This document shows positions 47,540 through 59,540 of a stretch of 64,000 bases of DNA, piece by piece; position 1 is the first letter of the stretch; each line of letters opens with the position of its first letter. The notes below the pieces were generated by a model that saw nothing but the letters and a program-made list of their open reading frames with translations, did no database searches and was not told the DNA's origin. This stretch comes from Somniosus microcephalus (Eukaryota), in NCBI GenBank assembly GCA_052327205.1, contig CM126228.1, positions 30,318,001 to 30,382,000 of the forward strand, in the 5' to 3' direction. A program made the translations under genes and the position numbers.

Positions 47540-49480
47540 GAAGGCTGACTTATGTGGTGAACGCAAGTAAAAAGTATTGGGAAGTAGGTGGAATTGTAAC
47601 CTGACCAAAAGACTGCCAGGGGAACTAAATCTTGACCTTAAGAAAGCTGTAGATGTGATAAGAGCAGCTGAAGCTGCACAGTGCCCCATGGAAGGAGTGA
47701 GATACTATGGCCCGGAATCTGCAGTTGTAATGACAGCGAAACTGTCAGCATTTGCCATCATTACTCTGTGAAACTGACAGCAACTTCTGGCGTCTGCACA
47801 TGCATAGTTAAACGCAGAAATCTAGAAGTTGCGGTCAGTGATTCCCCGCTTCTCCACAGGGTGCGCTGTTGAATTCCTTGTAGATGGAAATCTTAACTCA
47901 CTCGAATTGACACAAACTTTTTACAGTCTAATCTCGCTGTAAAAACCCTCAAAAAAGCTAAGCCTTTTTGAATGAGGTGTAACTGGGGTTTTAACAGCAT
48001 ACTAAGTCATAATTAAGTCATAATTACTGCTGAACAACCTCTCCAGTATGATATAAATTCCCATAGATGTTTAAAATATATATATATTTTTTTTAAAGTT
48101 TGTTTGATATTTCAACTTATACCTTAATCCCATGCGTGTGTCCCAATTTTTATTTTGCTCATTGTAAAATGATTAAAAAGTGAAGGATAACTAGTGTTTT
48201 TTACTTCCTGGTTTGCTGTCTGTGAGAATTCTTCAATATGATTGGCTGTTCAGTCTGCTTGCTGACATCACTGTTGCTGGATGCCGGAGACCCCCTATAC
48301 ATGGCACCAGAATGAAATTAACATCAGGAAAGGTGAAAGCGATGCCACAGAGATCATTAAATCTTTGTGGGCAGCTTTCTTTGAGGTCACCGGCGGGGGC
48401 TGTCACTTCATCGCTGACCGCAAAATCTGGGCCAATGTTGAGTTCCAAATTGTAGACGGGGCATTGTGGACTGGGAAAATGTGTCAAAAATGAAACTTCC
48501 TGAAGATGCTGGCAGCACATCATTATATAAATACTGTTAATAATAAGATAGTTGACTATTTGAAGCAAATTAAGAATGTGCATGGCGATGTGTTTGAAGC
48601 CCTTGGTTGCTTACAATGAATGTCCTACATCAAAGTAGACTGAGGTGTCTGGGTTGCCTACAAGGAACATCTTACATCAGAGTAGACAGAGATGGGAAAC
48701 AAGTAGTGCACCCTCCTTGCAAAGTTCTTGTGTTAAAGGAGCCTGTGAAGGAAGCAGTTAATGAACTAATTGCAATTAGAGGTGCTCAGTTCTGTGAGTC
48801 AACCATATACTGGGTATTAAATAATGGTACGTGTTGTAAAGCTGAACATGCTGAGAATCGGCTTTGATTCCATGGATTTAAATTGAGCAATTAAGAGGTC
48901 TCATTATCCAATCAAAACAATTGAAGATTGCCAGAAAAACTCAACAAAGCCAAGATTTTCTTTGTAACAGATGCCAAAAAATGGGTTCTGGCAAGTTAAC
49001 TTGGGCAGACATTCAAGGGGGATGATTTCCTCTGTTTTGTGTAACACATACTTTATAAACAGTTTATGATTTAGTTACAGATAACACACAGTCACCTTAC
49101 CCCCAAGTCTGTTCATGGACTTCCATACACCTTTTGGAAGGTAACTCTGATTGCACGTGCTATTTGTCATTGCCTCAGCTCCAGAGAGAGATGGATCATG
49201 AAACCCTTGAGAGATTTTTAGGAGCAGCATCACTGCAGACCTCAACAAGAATCTCCAAAGCCTACTTAAAAGAGCATGCGAGAGAAGTTTAAACAGGAAC
49301 ATACTTAATTTGTGACTTACAAAAGTGCCGTATGTAAATCATTTGTTAATTGCTGATGGGTTGTAACCAGATCCAAAGAACATTGATGGTGGCCTGCAGA
49401 TGTCTAAACCAAATAATACCCATTCGCTCAAGCGTTTCTTGGGTATGGCAAACTATTTTTTCAATGTGTCTGTCACGTTG
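47540..49480 (+). pseudogene. Old decayed Gypsy internal region
   Basis: Scattered peptides in order: NLDLKKAVDVIRAAE, VEFQI, LGCLQG..IRVD...VHPPCKV, DAK/GFWQV, TPFGR, ASAPE, RFLGMANY. Confidence 0.75.
47709..48433. mobile_element. Harbinger-type MITE, family D
   Basis: Degenerate TIR ggcccggaatctgcag / ccgcaaaatctgggcc; flanks tat/aat; AT-rich core. Confidence 0.65.
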
Positions 49481-49704
49481 TCAAGTTCAGAAGGAACTTG
49501 CATTTACATAGCACCTTACCACATCCTCAGGACATCCCAGAGCGCTTCACAGTTAACATATTACTTCTGAAATGCAGTCACTGTTGATAATGCAAGATGA
49601 ACCAGTGAGAGGTCTAGACGGTAAAGGTATGGACAAGCATTGAGACTCATAGCCAAACTGTGATTGAAGTTTAAAAACTCATCTCAGAAAATCTAGTTCT
49701 TGGG

Positions 49705-50125
49705 TAGGAATATGGGAGCAAGAGTAGGCCATTCAGCCCCTCGTGCCTGTTCTGCCATTCAATTAGATCATGGCTGATCTGTATCTTAACTCCATTTACT
49801 CGCCTTTGTTCCATATTCCATAATACCGTTGAATACCAAAAATCTATCCCTCTCAGTTTTGAAATTTTCAATTGTCCTAGCCTCAACTACTCTTTGGGGG
49901 AGAGAGGTCCAGATTTCCACTACCCTACATGTGAAGAACCGCTTCCTGAAATCACCCCTGAACTGCCTAGCTCTCATTTTAAGGTTACGCCCCCTTGTTC
50001 TGCATTCACCCACCAGAAGAAATAGTTTCTCTCTATCTCCCCTATCAAATCCTTTATTCATCTTAAACACTTCAATTAGGTTACCCCTTAATCTTCTATA
50101 CTAAAGGGAACACAAGCCTAGTCTA
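49705..50125 (-). mobile_element. CR1 LINE 3' fragment
   Basis: ORF 49786-50070 and 3' stem-loop. Confidence 0.88.
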
Positions 50126-51069
50126 TAGTGTACTATAGTGCAATGGGGTAACAATGAATCAGCCTCTTTAAATAGTAGCTGCTACGTTTAGGAGCTGCAG
50201 GTGAATGGTATTTGCCTATCCCACTGACAGTGAACTCTGACTGGAAGGTGCAGGCACTTCAGTGCCAGGAACAGAAAATCAGATTTAAACTCCAGAGACT
50301 GCATCAACATCGAAGTGATCCAAAAAAATAAATGTCACATCATATAACCATTCCTTATTTCTTCCATTCGCCGTGCCTCTATATGGGAAGTTGATGGTTA
50401 GAGATCCATAGGGAAGCTTATGTCCATACCACCAGAGGCTGTATCTTTCTAAGAGTTTGATGAGAGAAACTGTAAAGACTATGGACTCACTAAAATCATT
50501 CAACCTACTTTGTATGTAGAGTGAGTGTGAATAGTGAACTGTATAATGGCTGTCTCTGTTGCTTCTGTGTATCATTTTATCTGTAAATAAATCTGGAGAG
50601 TAGTTTTAGTAGTGGTTAACAACATGATATTGCCCTTCATCTGAGGTGACAAGAGAATGTGGTGGGCATTCTATATATTGTCATAAACCATTTACCATGA
50701 TGTGGGGGTTAATTATTAGACCTGGTGTATAAATCCATACTTGACAGGGAATAAAGATTTAAGTTTCAGTTCAAAGGAAAGTCTGCTTATGGAAATTACT
50801 GTGACCAACCTGACGTCCTTGGAGCACACTGTTAAGAAACCTCTCCTATCTACACCTGAACAATTCCAAGGAATGAGGTTACACCTGAGGAAGTAAATGA
50901 AAATGAACTCCAAGAAAGGACATACTCCTTGCTGACACTTTGAATAGATCTTACTTGCCAAGGAAACTCAGTTTTTATGATTGGGAAACATCAACATACT
51001 GGGAGAATTTTAACTTAACCTTCCTGGTAGGAATGGGGAAAGCATTTAAAATAGCTGTCCAAAGATATG

Positions 51070-51905
51070 GGGTGCGATCTTGCCAGCCCTGTGGAGGCGG
51101 GCTTGGAGGCGGGACTGCTGGGAAAATGGCAGAATCTGGGGGCGGGTGCCCATAACGCCCCCAACCAGCCTCCGTGCCATCTTGCCAGGAGGCGGCTAGC
51201 CGACCCACGCCGGGTCCCATCTCCTGGAGGCGGGAAGGGGATTACAGCCACTTAACTGCCTGTTAACAGGTAGTTAACAGGCAGATAAGAGGATTATCCC
51301 CATTTTACCCACACAAGTGCGGGCTTCCCGAAGGCTCCGAAACCCGCCGGGGTCACCGAGGCGAGCAGTGGGTCTGTGGGGGTCGGAGAGGTGCAAAAGG
51401 GCACTGTGAAGGTAAGTGATGGGTGCAAGTGTGGAGAGGTGAGTATGTGAGGCAAGTGGAAAGTGTTAGAAAAAGTTTACTTACCTTTGTTTCTTCCTGC
51501 AGGCTTCAATCGTTTGGGGATGCGGAGAGTCTCGCATCTCTGTGGCAGAGATGACAGATGACTGCTGCATTCTCCAATGCAACAACCATCTAATTTCTGC
51601 TAAAGAAAGAGGTTTGATGAGTCTTGAATTCAAGAACTCATCAAACTACAGAGAATGTCAGTGTTTGACAGCTTCACAGAGCTGTCAAATGATGACAATT
51701 CAGCTGTCAAAAATGAAATGTTATACGCTGACATTCTCTGCAACCGGCTTCCCCTTAATTGGCCTGCTAAGCCCGCTGGGCAGGCTTAACAAGGTCAATC
51801 AAGGGAAAATAGCGTGGGCTGGCCAGAAGTTGATGGAGGCTGGACTAAAACCCTTACAAGTGGGAATTCCACCTACAAAAGCTCCCCATTGGCAAAATCC
51901 AGCCC
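51070..51905. mobile_element. Harbinger-type MITE, family B copy 2
   Basis: Termini gggtgcgatcttgcc / ggcaaaatccagccc; collinear with 21141-21926. Confidence 0.78.
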
Positions 51906-52089
51906 TTACTGTCCCTTTCCCGCTCGATTCCCGCCTACCGCTATCATAACTGGGATTTTCTTTTAGGCGGCAAGAGCCTCATTAATGGGATGAAAGGACT
52001 CTCCTATGAGGAGAGATGGAGGAGAATGGGCCTATATTCCCTGGAGTTTAAAATAACATGAGGTGATTTCTATGAACCAGATACACCAT

Positions 52090-52770
52090 TTGGGGCACTA
52101 ACTTCGCCGGGTTTAGCGCCCCGGAAACATTTGTGCCCCACGTGCCGGAAATTGAGTGGTTGTGCCCCAAGAGGGAAGCAGGGCGCTACTGGAAGCACCC
52201 CGCATCCCTCTTGGGGTGCTGCGAGTCAATATCGCAACGCTACGTGCCGCAGCACCATGCGGTATTGCAGGCCTTCCTCCCCTTCTTAAAGGGGAGGGGC
52301 CTTGCGCAACACAACCCGGGGCCCAGCTGAGCCCCCGCGGATCGGGACTGCCGGCAAAAGAGCCCGGCACTCAAGAGAAATGCTGAGCTTTTGGAGTCCT
52401 GCTGGCACTCCGGGAGGGGGGGGGGGGGCGTTCAGGAGGCTGGGGACGGGAGCGCAGGAAGGTGCTGACAGGCGGTCAGCAACAGAAATGGCCGACCCAC
52501 ACCTCGCCTTTAAATTGCGCCTCCCCGGCCGCAGGTAGGCCCCCCTGACCCCGTCGGACATAGCGTCCGGTGGTAAGTGAGGGGGCGCTCCTGAAGCTCA
52601 TGGCCGGGACGCTGCGCACGGTGATGACATCATCGCCCACGGCGCAGCGCCGCGGGGCACTACCGGTTAGCGCCACCGCTAACCTCCCGCTGAATTTTGC
52701 GGTAGGCGTGGGTGGCGTCGCGCCCGGGCGCTAGTTGCTTTGCGCCCCGTTAACGCCCTCTTAGGGATAC
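52090..52770. mobile_element. Harbinger-type MITE, family C copy 1 (ends eroded)
   Basis: Inverted homologue of 58859-59540; GC-rich with tagcgcc motifs. Confidence 0.72.
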
Positions 52771-53597
52771 CCATGGCAGATGCCCTGCTCAACATAACCT
52801 GACGGAGAAGAAAAGGAAGCCCTCTAAGTATTCCTTTAGTGGGTCCAGGAGTAGCAGGAGTGCTGTCCCGGTCTCCCCTTCCCGTTTTCCAAGAAGGGTG
52901 TCCTCGGGGCTCCCCGATTTTGGCCTGCCCAAAGGCCGGCTAAGTGCTTCTTTCCACCCAGTAGGCAGCTGGCTTGGGAGATGCAGATGAGGCTCGGCAA
53001 TTAAAATAGTCTGGGCCTCAGACTGAAGACTTTGGGTGGGTTTAGCACCCTCCCAACCCCCTCATTCCGCCCCCCACCGCTCAGCCAAAATCCACTCTCA
53101 AACTGTCAAATGTCACAACAGAGTTTAGTTGAAATCATGTTGAAAACACTGAAAAATCAAGCCCGACAAAAGTTGAAAGTCACTGTTCTGAGTGGATGAA
53201 CATAATGCAAAAATGATGCCCCTCCTCAAATTAAAAAGTAATATCGTTATCAAGATGACCTGCTCAAATGAAACAGGCTCATCATCCCCAGAGAGACGAG
53301 GGCAGAGAGTCACAGAGGGAACAATGATTTAAGTCTTGAATTTGAGAAAATGTCAGCCGCAAAGCTTAAACACCGTATCCCATAGGACAGAGGTAGACCA
53401 ATCCATCCTCCACTAAAGTTGAAGTGGTATATTTTGTAGAATCAGATTTACAGTAAATTAATCATTACTGAAAAAGTCTAAATGGGCAATTATTTCAAAG
53501 AAAAGGTTTCAATTAAAAAAAAACTGAGTAGTTTAAAACAGAATGTTAACTTTTTTTCATTTTATTTGGAAAGGAAAGGGAATATATAACAAAATTG

Positions 53598-54800
53598 GAT
53601 ATACTTAGAGGGGGTGCAATGAAGGTTCACTAGATTGATTCCTGGGATGAAAGGGCTGTCCTATGAGGAGAGATTGTGTAGAATGGGCCGATACTCTCTG
53701 GAGTTTAAAAGAATATGTGGGGTGATCTCTATGAAACATATAAAATTCTTAGCGGGCTTGACAGGGCAGATGCAGGGAGGATGTTTCCCCTGGCTGGGGA
53801 GTTTAGAACCAGGGGTCATAGGCCTAGAAATTGAGTTTTGGCGCAGCCAGGGCTTTAGCGCCAGAAGTTAGTGCCGGTGCTAAGTCCCCCTGCGCGCGCC
53901 AAAAATTCAGTAGCGCCGCGCCCAAACGGCTGCCGGCGCTACTGGAGGGTTTCAGCGCCTCCCAATGGGCGCTAACTGCCCCATTGCGGCGCTGTTCCGG
54001 CGCTGCGGCACCCGATGCGGTGCGGCAGGCTGGGGACGTGCAGGCCTCCTCCTCCCGTTAAGGAGGAGCTGCCTGCACCCGGCCGCGGCCCGCGCAAATC
54101 AGCTTAAAAATGAGCCCGGCACCTCGGACAAGTGCCGGGCTTGCATCTGTTCCGGGGGGGGGGCGGGGAGAAGTCCGGGGAGGGAGCTGCGGGCAGGCGG
54201 CCGGCGGGAAAGTGGCCGGCCGCCGCGGGGCCTTTAATGCGCCGGCGCAAACTGGAGAAAGGCACCTCTGACAGAACGTTGCTTGCGGCTGCCACGGGCG
54301 AGGCGGCCGCAACTCAATTTCGGAGTTCGGGCGGGTTACCACGGCAACCGGGACGCTGCGCACACCGATGACGTCATCGGTGCCGGCGCAGCGCTACCGG
54401 TGCAACGCCGATTTAGGGCCCCAGGGAATTTTTTAACTGGCCATAACTCTGGCGCTAGTCCCTCTAGCGCCTCAAAAGCGGCGCTAAGGCAACTGAATTT
54501 CTAGGCCAGAGTCTCAGAATAAGGGGTCGGCCATTTAGGACTGAGAGTAGGAGAAATTTCTTCACCCTGACAGTGGTGAATCTTTGGAATTCTCTACCCC
54601 AGATGGCTGTGGATGCTCAATCGTTAAGTATATTCAAGGCTGCGATCCATAGATTCTTGGGCACTCAGGTAATCAAGGGATATGGGGACAGGGCGGGAAA
54701 GTGGAGTTGATGTATAAGTTCAGCCCTGATCTTATTGAATGGCGGAGCAGGCTCCAGGGGCTGTATGGCCAACTCCTGCTCATATTTCCTATGTTCTTAA
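53598..54800 (+). mobile_element. CR1 3' fragment split by a MITE
   Basis: CR1 sequence aggggtcata|gtctcagaataagggg interrupted at 53820. Confidence 0.9.
53821..54507. mobile_element. Harbinger MITE, family C copy 2, same TIR as the full-length elements
   Basis: ggcctagaaatt...aatttctaggcc; TSD ata/aga (CR1 empty site is ata). Confidence 0.92.
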
Positions 54801-54947
54801 AATGTATATATTTAGAGGTAGACCTGACGCTCACCTGGGGGACATTAGGTCCTCTTGTAGCTGCTGGTGTTAAGCAGCTGGAATGTAAGGAAGTTAGCTA
54901 AACACTGTTTAATTACATTGTTGGATAGAAGCACTTCTACAGACAAA

Positions 54948-55788
54948 GGGCTGGATTTTCATTCAGAAGTCGGCAAGGAGGCGGGGCTACAACTTTCGGG
55001 TTGTAGTCCCACCTCCATCGAGATGCAGCCAATCCACACGATTTTCACTTGATTGACCTTGTTCAGCCTGCCCAGCGGGCTCAGCAGGCTAATTAAGGGC
55101 CACCCGGCAACAGGTGACGTCACAGACTGAAATTTCATCTGTCAAGACGTGTTGACAGATGAAATATCAGCGTTTCACAGCTGTTTGAAGCTGTCAAACA
55201 CTGACAGTCTTACTTCTAACCTGAGTCCTTCTACGCAGACTCAGTTAGAAATCTCGCCGGCACTGAAAGCTGCAGGCTGTCACTTTTGACAGCTCGCGGC
55301 CATTCTGCTTTCTGTGCCGGCTGAATGATGGACTCCCGGGACCTGGAGGAAGGAAGGCTGTAAAGGTAAGTACAGGTAATTTAAACTTCTTTACACACTT
55401 TACACACACCAAACACACTTACCTTTGCACTCATGCACCCATCACTCACCTGAACACCGACATCTCGACCCCTCCAAGTCCTTCAACCCGACGGCCCATT
55501 CCTCTAACTTGGCGTGGTTTGGAGCCGTCGGGAATCCCACATGACAACCTTCAAAATGTGGGTTTGGCCTAAAAACTGCCTGTTAACTACCTGTTAACAG
55601 GCAGTTAATTGGCACTAATCCCTTCCCGCCTCGGGTGGGCGGGTTCCAGTGCGGGGCGGGTACCCGCCTCCTTTGAAACTTACGTGGAGGCGGGTTGGGG
55701 GCGGGATGGTGTCAGGACCCCCGAATTCGGGATTTTAGCCCCCCGCACGCCTAAAAGCCCGCCTTACGGCACACTGAAAATCGACCCC
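54948..55788. mobile_element. Harbinger-type MITE, family B copy 3 (inverted, diverged)
   Basis: Termini gggctggattttc / gaaaatcgacccc; AAA TSD; shares the ctgcctgttaac..gttaacaggcag palindrome. Confidence 0.78.
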
Positions 55789-57204
55789 AAAGTGTCCTGG
55801 GTTTGCATTTTGCAAAGCTTCATTCAGAAATAAAGAAGCACCAAGCAGCACAGGGCCCACTGGATATGCTGCCAATAAGTGACTTCATTGCAAATGCTAA
55901 TTTGAGAATGCAACCTGGCACAAGAAGCTCTCCAGAATTATCTGTCTCACGTATCTAAGTGGTTCTATTATTATTTACATATTAGTTGAGAATATCATTT
56001 GGACTGTCCTACGTCAAACACAAATATAAATTATTTCTGATGACTATTTTCAAGATTGCATTTTGCAAAGTTTTATTAACATGCGATAAGGTGGCACAAT
56101 TGTACTGGCTGGGTTTATGTCATAAAATTGTAGGACTCAGCAATGTATGCAATGGTCAAATAAATATAGGTACAAATATGGATTGGTTGAAATTTGTCCA
56201 AAACCCAGTTTTAAGCCAACTTCCTCACTGGTGGAAAATGGGTGAGAATTTTTTCAACACTTGGGAGATCCCTGTGGATCATCTGATACTGGACCATATG
56301 CTATTAAATCGCTGATACAATTAGGCAGGAGGAGGTTGAAGCGTTTGGGGATTTTTCATTTTTTTTTAATAATATAAATATATTTTCTCTTAAGAGGTCA
56401 GAACAAAGCTCAGGTTTCCTCTTCCTACCAACCGTACAAAAAATTATCTTTAATATCTAGGCTAGGTACATGAAATGAAATACTTTGTGTTGCTGGTAAT
56501 TATAAATTCTACACATGTCCGCACAAAATAAACACCATTCCTTAAAAGAAAGGGATATCTTTGTAAGCGATATATTTTTGTAAGCTAAATTGGCCTGTAC
56601 CTTTTAAGATGCTACATATTGCACTGAACACATTCAGTCAATGATAATTAGATTTGTGCGTAAGATAAAGGTTCGTCACTGTTAAATGTATTTTTATGGA
56701 ACAAGTGTTTATTGGAGATTATGTTACGAAGCATTAGACAAATTAATGTGATTACTTTATGGAAACCTGGTGATTTCTCCTGTGTTGTCGAGGGTTCTTA
56801 GAGCATAAATCTCCATAGGCTGTTTTCACAAAGAGCATTCACAATGGACTGATAGGCATCAAGTCTGGTCTGGCAGACATTAAGCAATTTTTTGTGGTCT
56901 CCATATATAGTTTGAAATAGATAATATTCAACAAAAGGGTGGACTATAATTATAGATTCATGAACTGATAACACAAACATTGGTAGACCAACAGCTCTTT
57001 AATTCAAGCCTTTAACAGGGTTCAGATTCAAAACTATGCAAGCATTTATGGTCTAATCTAATTAAATATGTCTTTCTCCATTATTTTATACTTAAGTTAT
57101 AATATGGATGACAGTTATGGACATTCCTGTGTTCTTCTGATATTTCATAATATATTTTTGTATGTTTGCAATCATGCATGCATGGGATGGGGATAATTAA
57201 GATA

Positions 57205-58795
57205 CCATAGAATCATAGAAGTTTATGGCACAGAAGGAGGCCGTTTGGCCATTGTGTCTGTGCCAGCCAAAAAATGTTATCCAGCCTAATCCCACTTTCC
57301 AGCTCTTGGTCCGTAGCCTTGTAGGTTACTGTACTTCAAGTGCATATCCAAGTACTTTTTAAATGCAGTGAGGGTTTCTGCCTCTACTACCCTTTTAGGT
57401 AGTTCCAGAGCCCCACCACCTTCTGGGTGAAAAAAAATTCTCCTCAACTCCCCTCTAATCCTTCTACCAATTACTTTAAATCTATGCCCCCTGGTTATTG
57501 ACCTCTCTGCGAAGAAAAATAGGTCCTTCCTATCCACTCTATCTAGGCCCCTCATAATTTTATACATCTCAATTAAATCTCCCCCCAGCCTCTTCTATTC
57601 CAAAGAAAACAACCCCAGCCTATTTAATCTTTCCTTATAGCTAAACTTCTCCAGTCCTGGCAACATTCTCGTAAATCTCCTCTGTACTCTCTCTAGAGCA
57701 ATCACATCTTTCCTGTAAAGTGGTGACCAGAACTCTACCCAGCACTCTAACTGTGGCCTAACTAGTGTTTTATACAGTTCTAGCATAACCTCCCTGCTCT
57801 TATACTCTATGCCTCGGCTAATAAAGGAAAGTATCCCGTATGCCTTCTTAACCACCTTATCTATCTGACCTGCTACCTTCAGGGATCTGTGGACATGCAC
57901 TCCAAGGTCCCTCTGTTCCTCTACACTTCTCAGTATCCTACCACTTATTGTGTATTTCATTGTCTTGTTAGTCCTCCCAAAATGAATTACCTCACACTTC
58001 TCTGGATTGAATTCCATTTGCCACTTTTCTGTCCACCTGACCAGTCCATTGATCTCTTCCTGCAGTCTACAGCTTTCTTCCTCACTATCAACCACATGGT
58101 CAATTTCTGTATCATCTGCAAACGTCTTAATCATGCCCCCTACATTGAAGTCTAAATCATTGATAGATACCATGAAAAACAAGGGACCTAGTACTGAGCC
58201 TTGCGGAACCCCACAAAAACACCCGTTGACCATTACCCTTTGCTTCCTGCCACTGAGCCGATTTTGGATCCAACTTGACACTTTTCCTTTGATCCCATGG
58301 GCTTTTACTTTTCTGATCAGTCTGCCATGTGGGACTTTGTCAAAAGCCTTGCCAAATCTATGCAGACTACATCAAGCACGCTACCCTCATCGACTCTCCT
58401 TGTTACCACCTCAAAAAATGCTATCAAGTTAGTGAGACATGACCTTCCCTTAACAAATCCATGCTGACTTGCCATGCTGACTTGCCTTGATTAATCCGTG
58501 CCTTTCTAAATGACGATTAATAAGGTCCCTCAGAATTTTTTCCAATAATGTGCCCACCACCGAGGTTAGGCTGACTGGCTTGTGATTACTCGGTCTATCC
58601 CTTTCTCCCTTCTTAAGCAACAGTACAACTTTAGCAGTCCTCCGGCACCACACCTGTAGCCAGAGAGGATTGGAAAATGATGGTCAGAGCCTCCGCTATT
58701 TGCTCCCTTACTACTCTTAACTGTGATATCTTTCATCTAGGCCTGGTGATTTATCTATTTTCAAAGACGCTAAACCCCTTAATATTTACTCTCTC
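57205..58795 (-). mobile_element. CR1 LINE RT fragment
   Basis: ORFs 57286-57567, 57595-58281 (GVPQGSVLGP, FADD) and 58450-58653. Confidence 0.92.
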
Positions 58796-58858
58796 ACAAT
58801 AGAAACAGATGAACATTCAAAGTTAGTCACCTCGGAAATGGGGAGGAACAAATATCAA

Positions 58859-59540
58859 GGGGGAAAATTTTGGTTGCTTTGCGCCTCCTGTTAGCACCCT
58901 AAGAGGGCGCTAATGGGGCACAAAGCAATTAGCACCGGGGCGCGGCGCCGTCAACACCTCCCGTGAAATTCAGCGGGAGGTTAGTGGAGGTGGTAACCAG
59001 TAGCGCCCCGCGGCACTGCGCCACCGGCGATGATGGCATCAGCGTGCGCAGTGCCCCGCTCGCGCCCCGGCCTCGATCTTCAGGATCGCTCCCTGACTTA
59101 CCGCCGGACGCTATTTTAAAGGTGAGATCCAGGGCGGCCATTTTTGTTGCTGGCCGCCAGTCAGCACCTGCCTCCGCTGCCGTCCCCAGCCTCCTTACCT
59201 GCCCCCCCACGGAGTGCCGGATGCGCTTCTTGAGCCCGGCACTTCTTGAGTGCCGTGCTCTTTTGCCGGCACTCCCGATCCCCAGGGGGCCCAGATAGGC
59301 CCCGGGTCGCGCTGCGCAAGGCCCCTTCCCTTTAAGAAGGGGAGGAAGGCCTGCAATACCGTGGCGCAACGTGCCGCAGTGCGTGGTGCTGCAGCACGTA
59401 GCGCCGCGATATTCCCTCACAGCGCCCCAAGAGGGAGGCGGGGTGCTTCCAGTAGCGCCCTGCTTCCCTCTTGGGGCGCTACCACTCAATTTCCATCGTG
59501 GGGGCATTGTTTTTCCGGGGCGCTACTCAATTTTTAGCCC
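58859..59540. mobile_element. Harbinger-type MITE, family C copy 3
   Basis: Termini gggggaaaattt / aatttttagccc; inverted homologue of 52090-52770. Confidence 0.78.

Noticed and set aside
50285-50582. Minus-strand 96-aa ORF after tttacag (also ORFs at 15970-16269 and 16767-17015)
   Set aside because: No recognisable domain or consistent exon chain; lengths are compatible with chance
52113-59507. GC-rich ORFs in MITEs and antisense ORFs over transposon genes
   Set aside because: Expected from stop-codon scarcity in GC-rich DNA and from shadow frames; not conserved between copies
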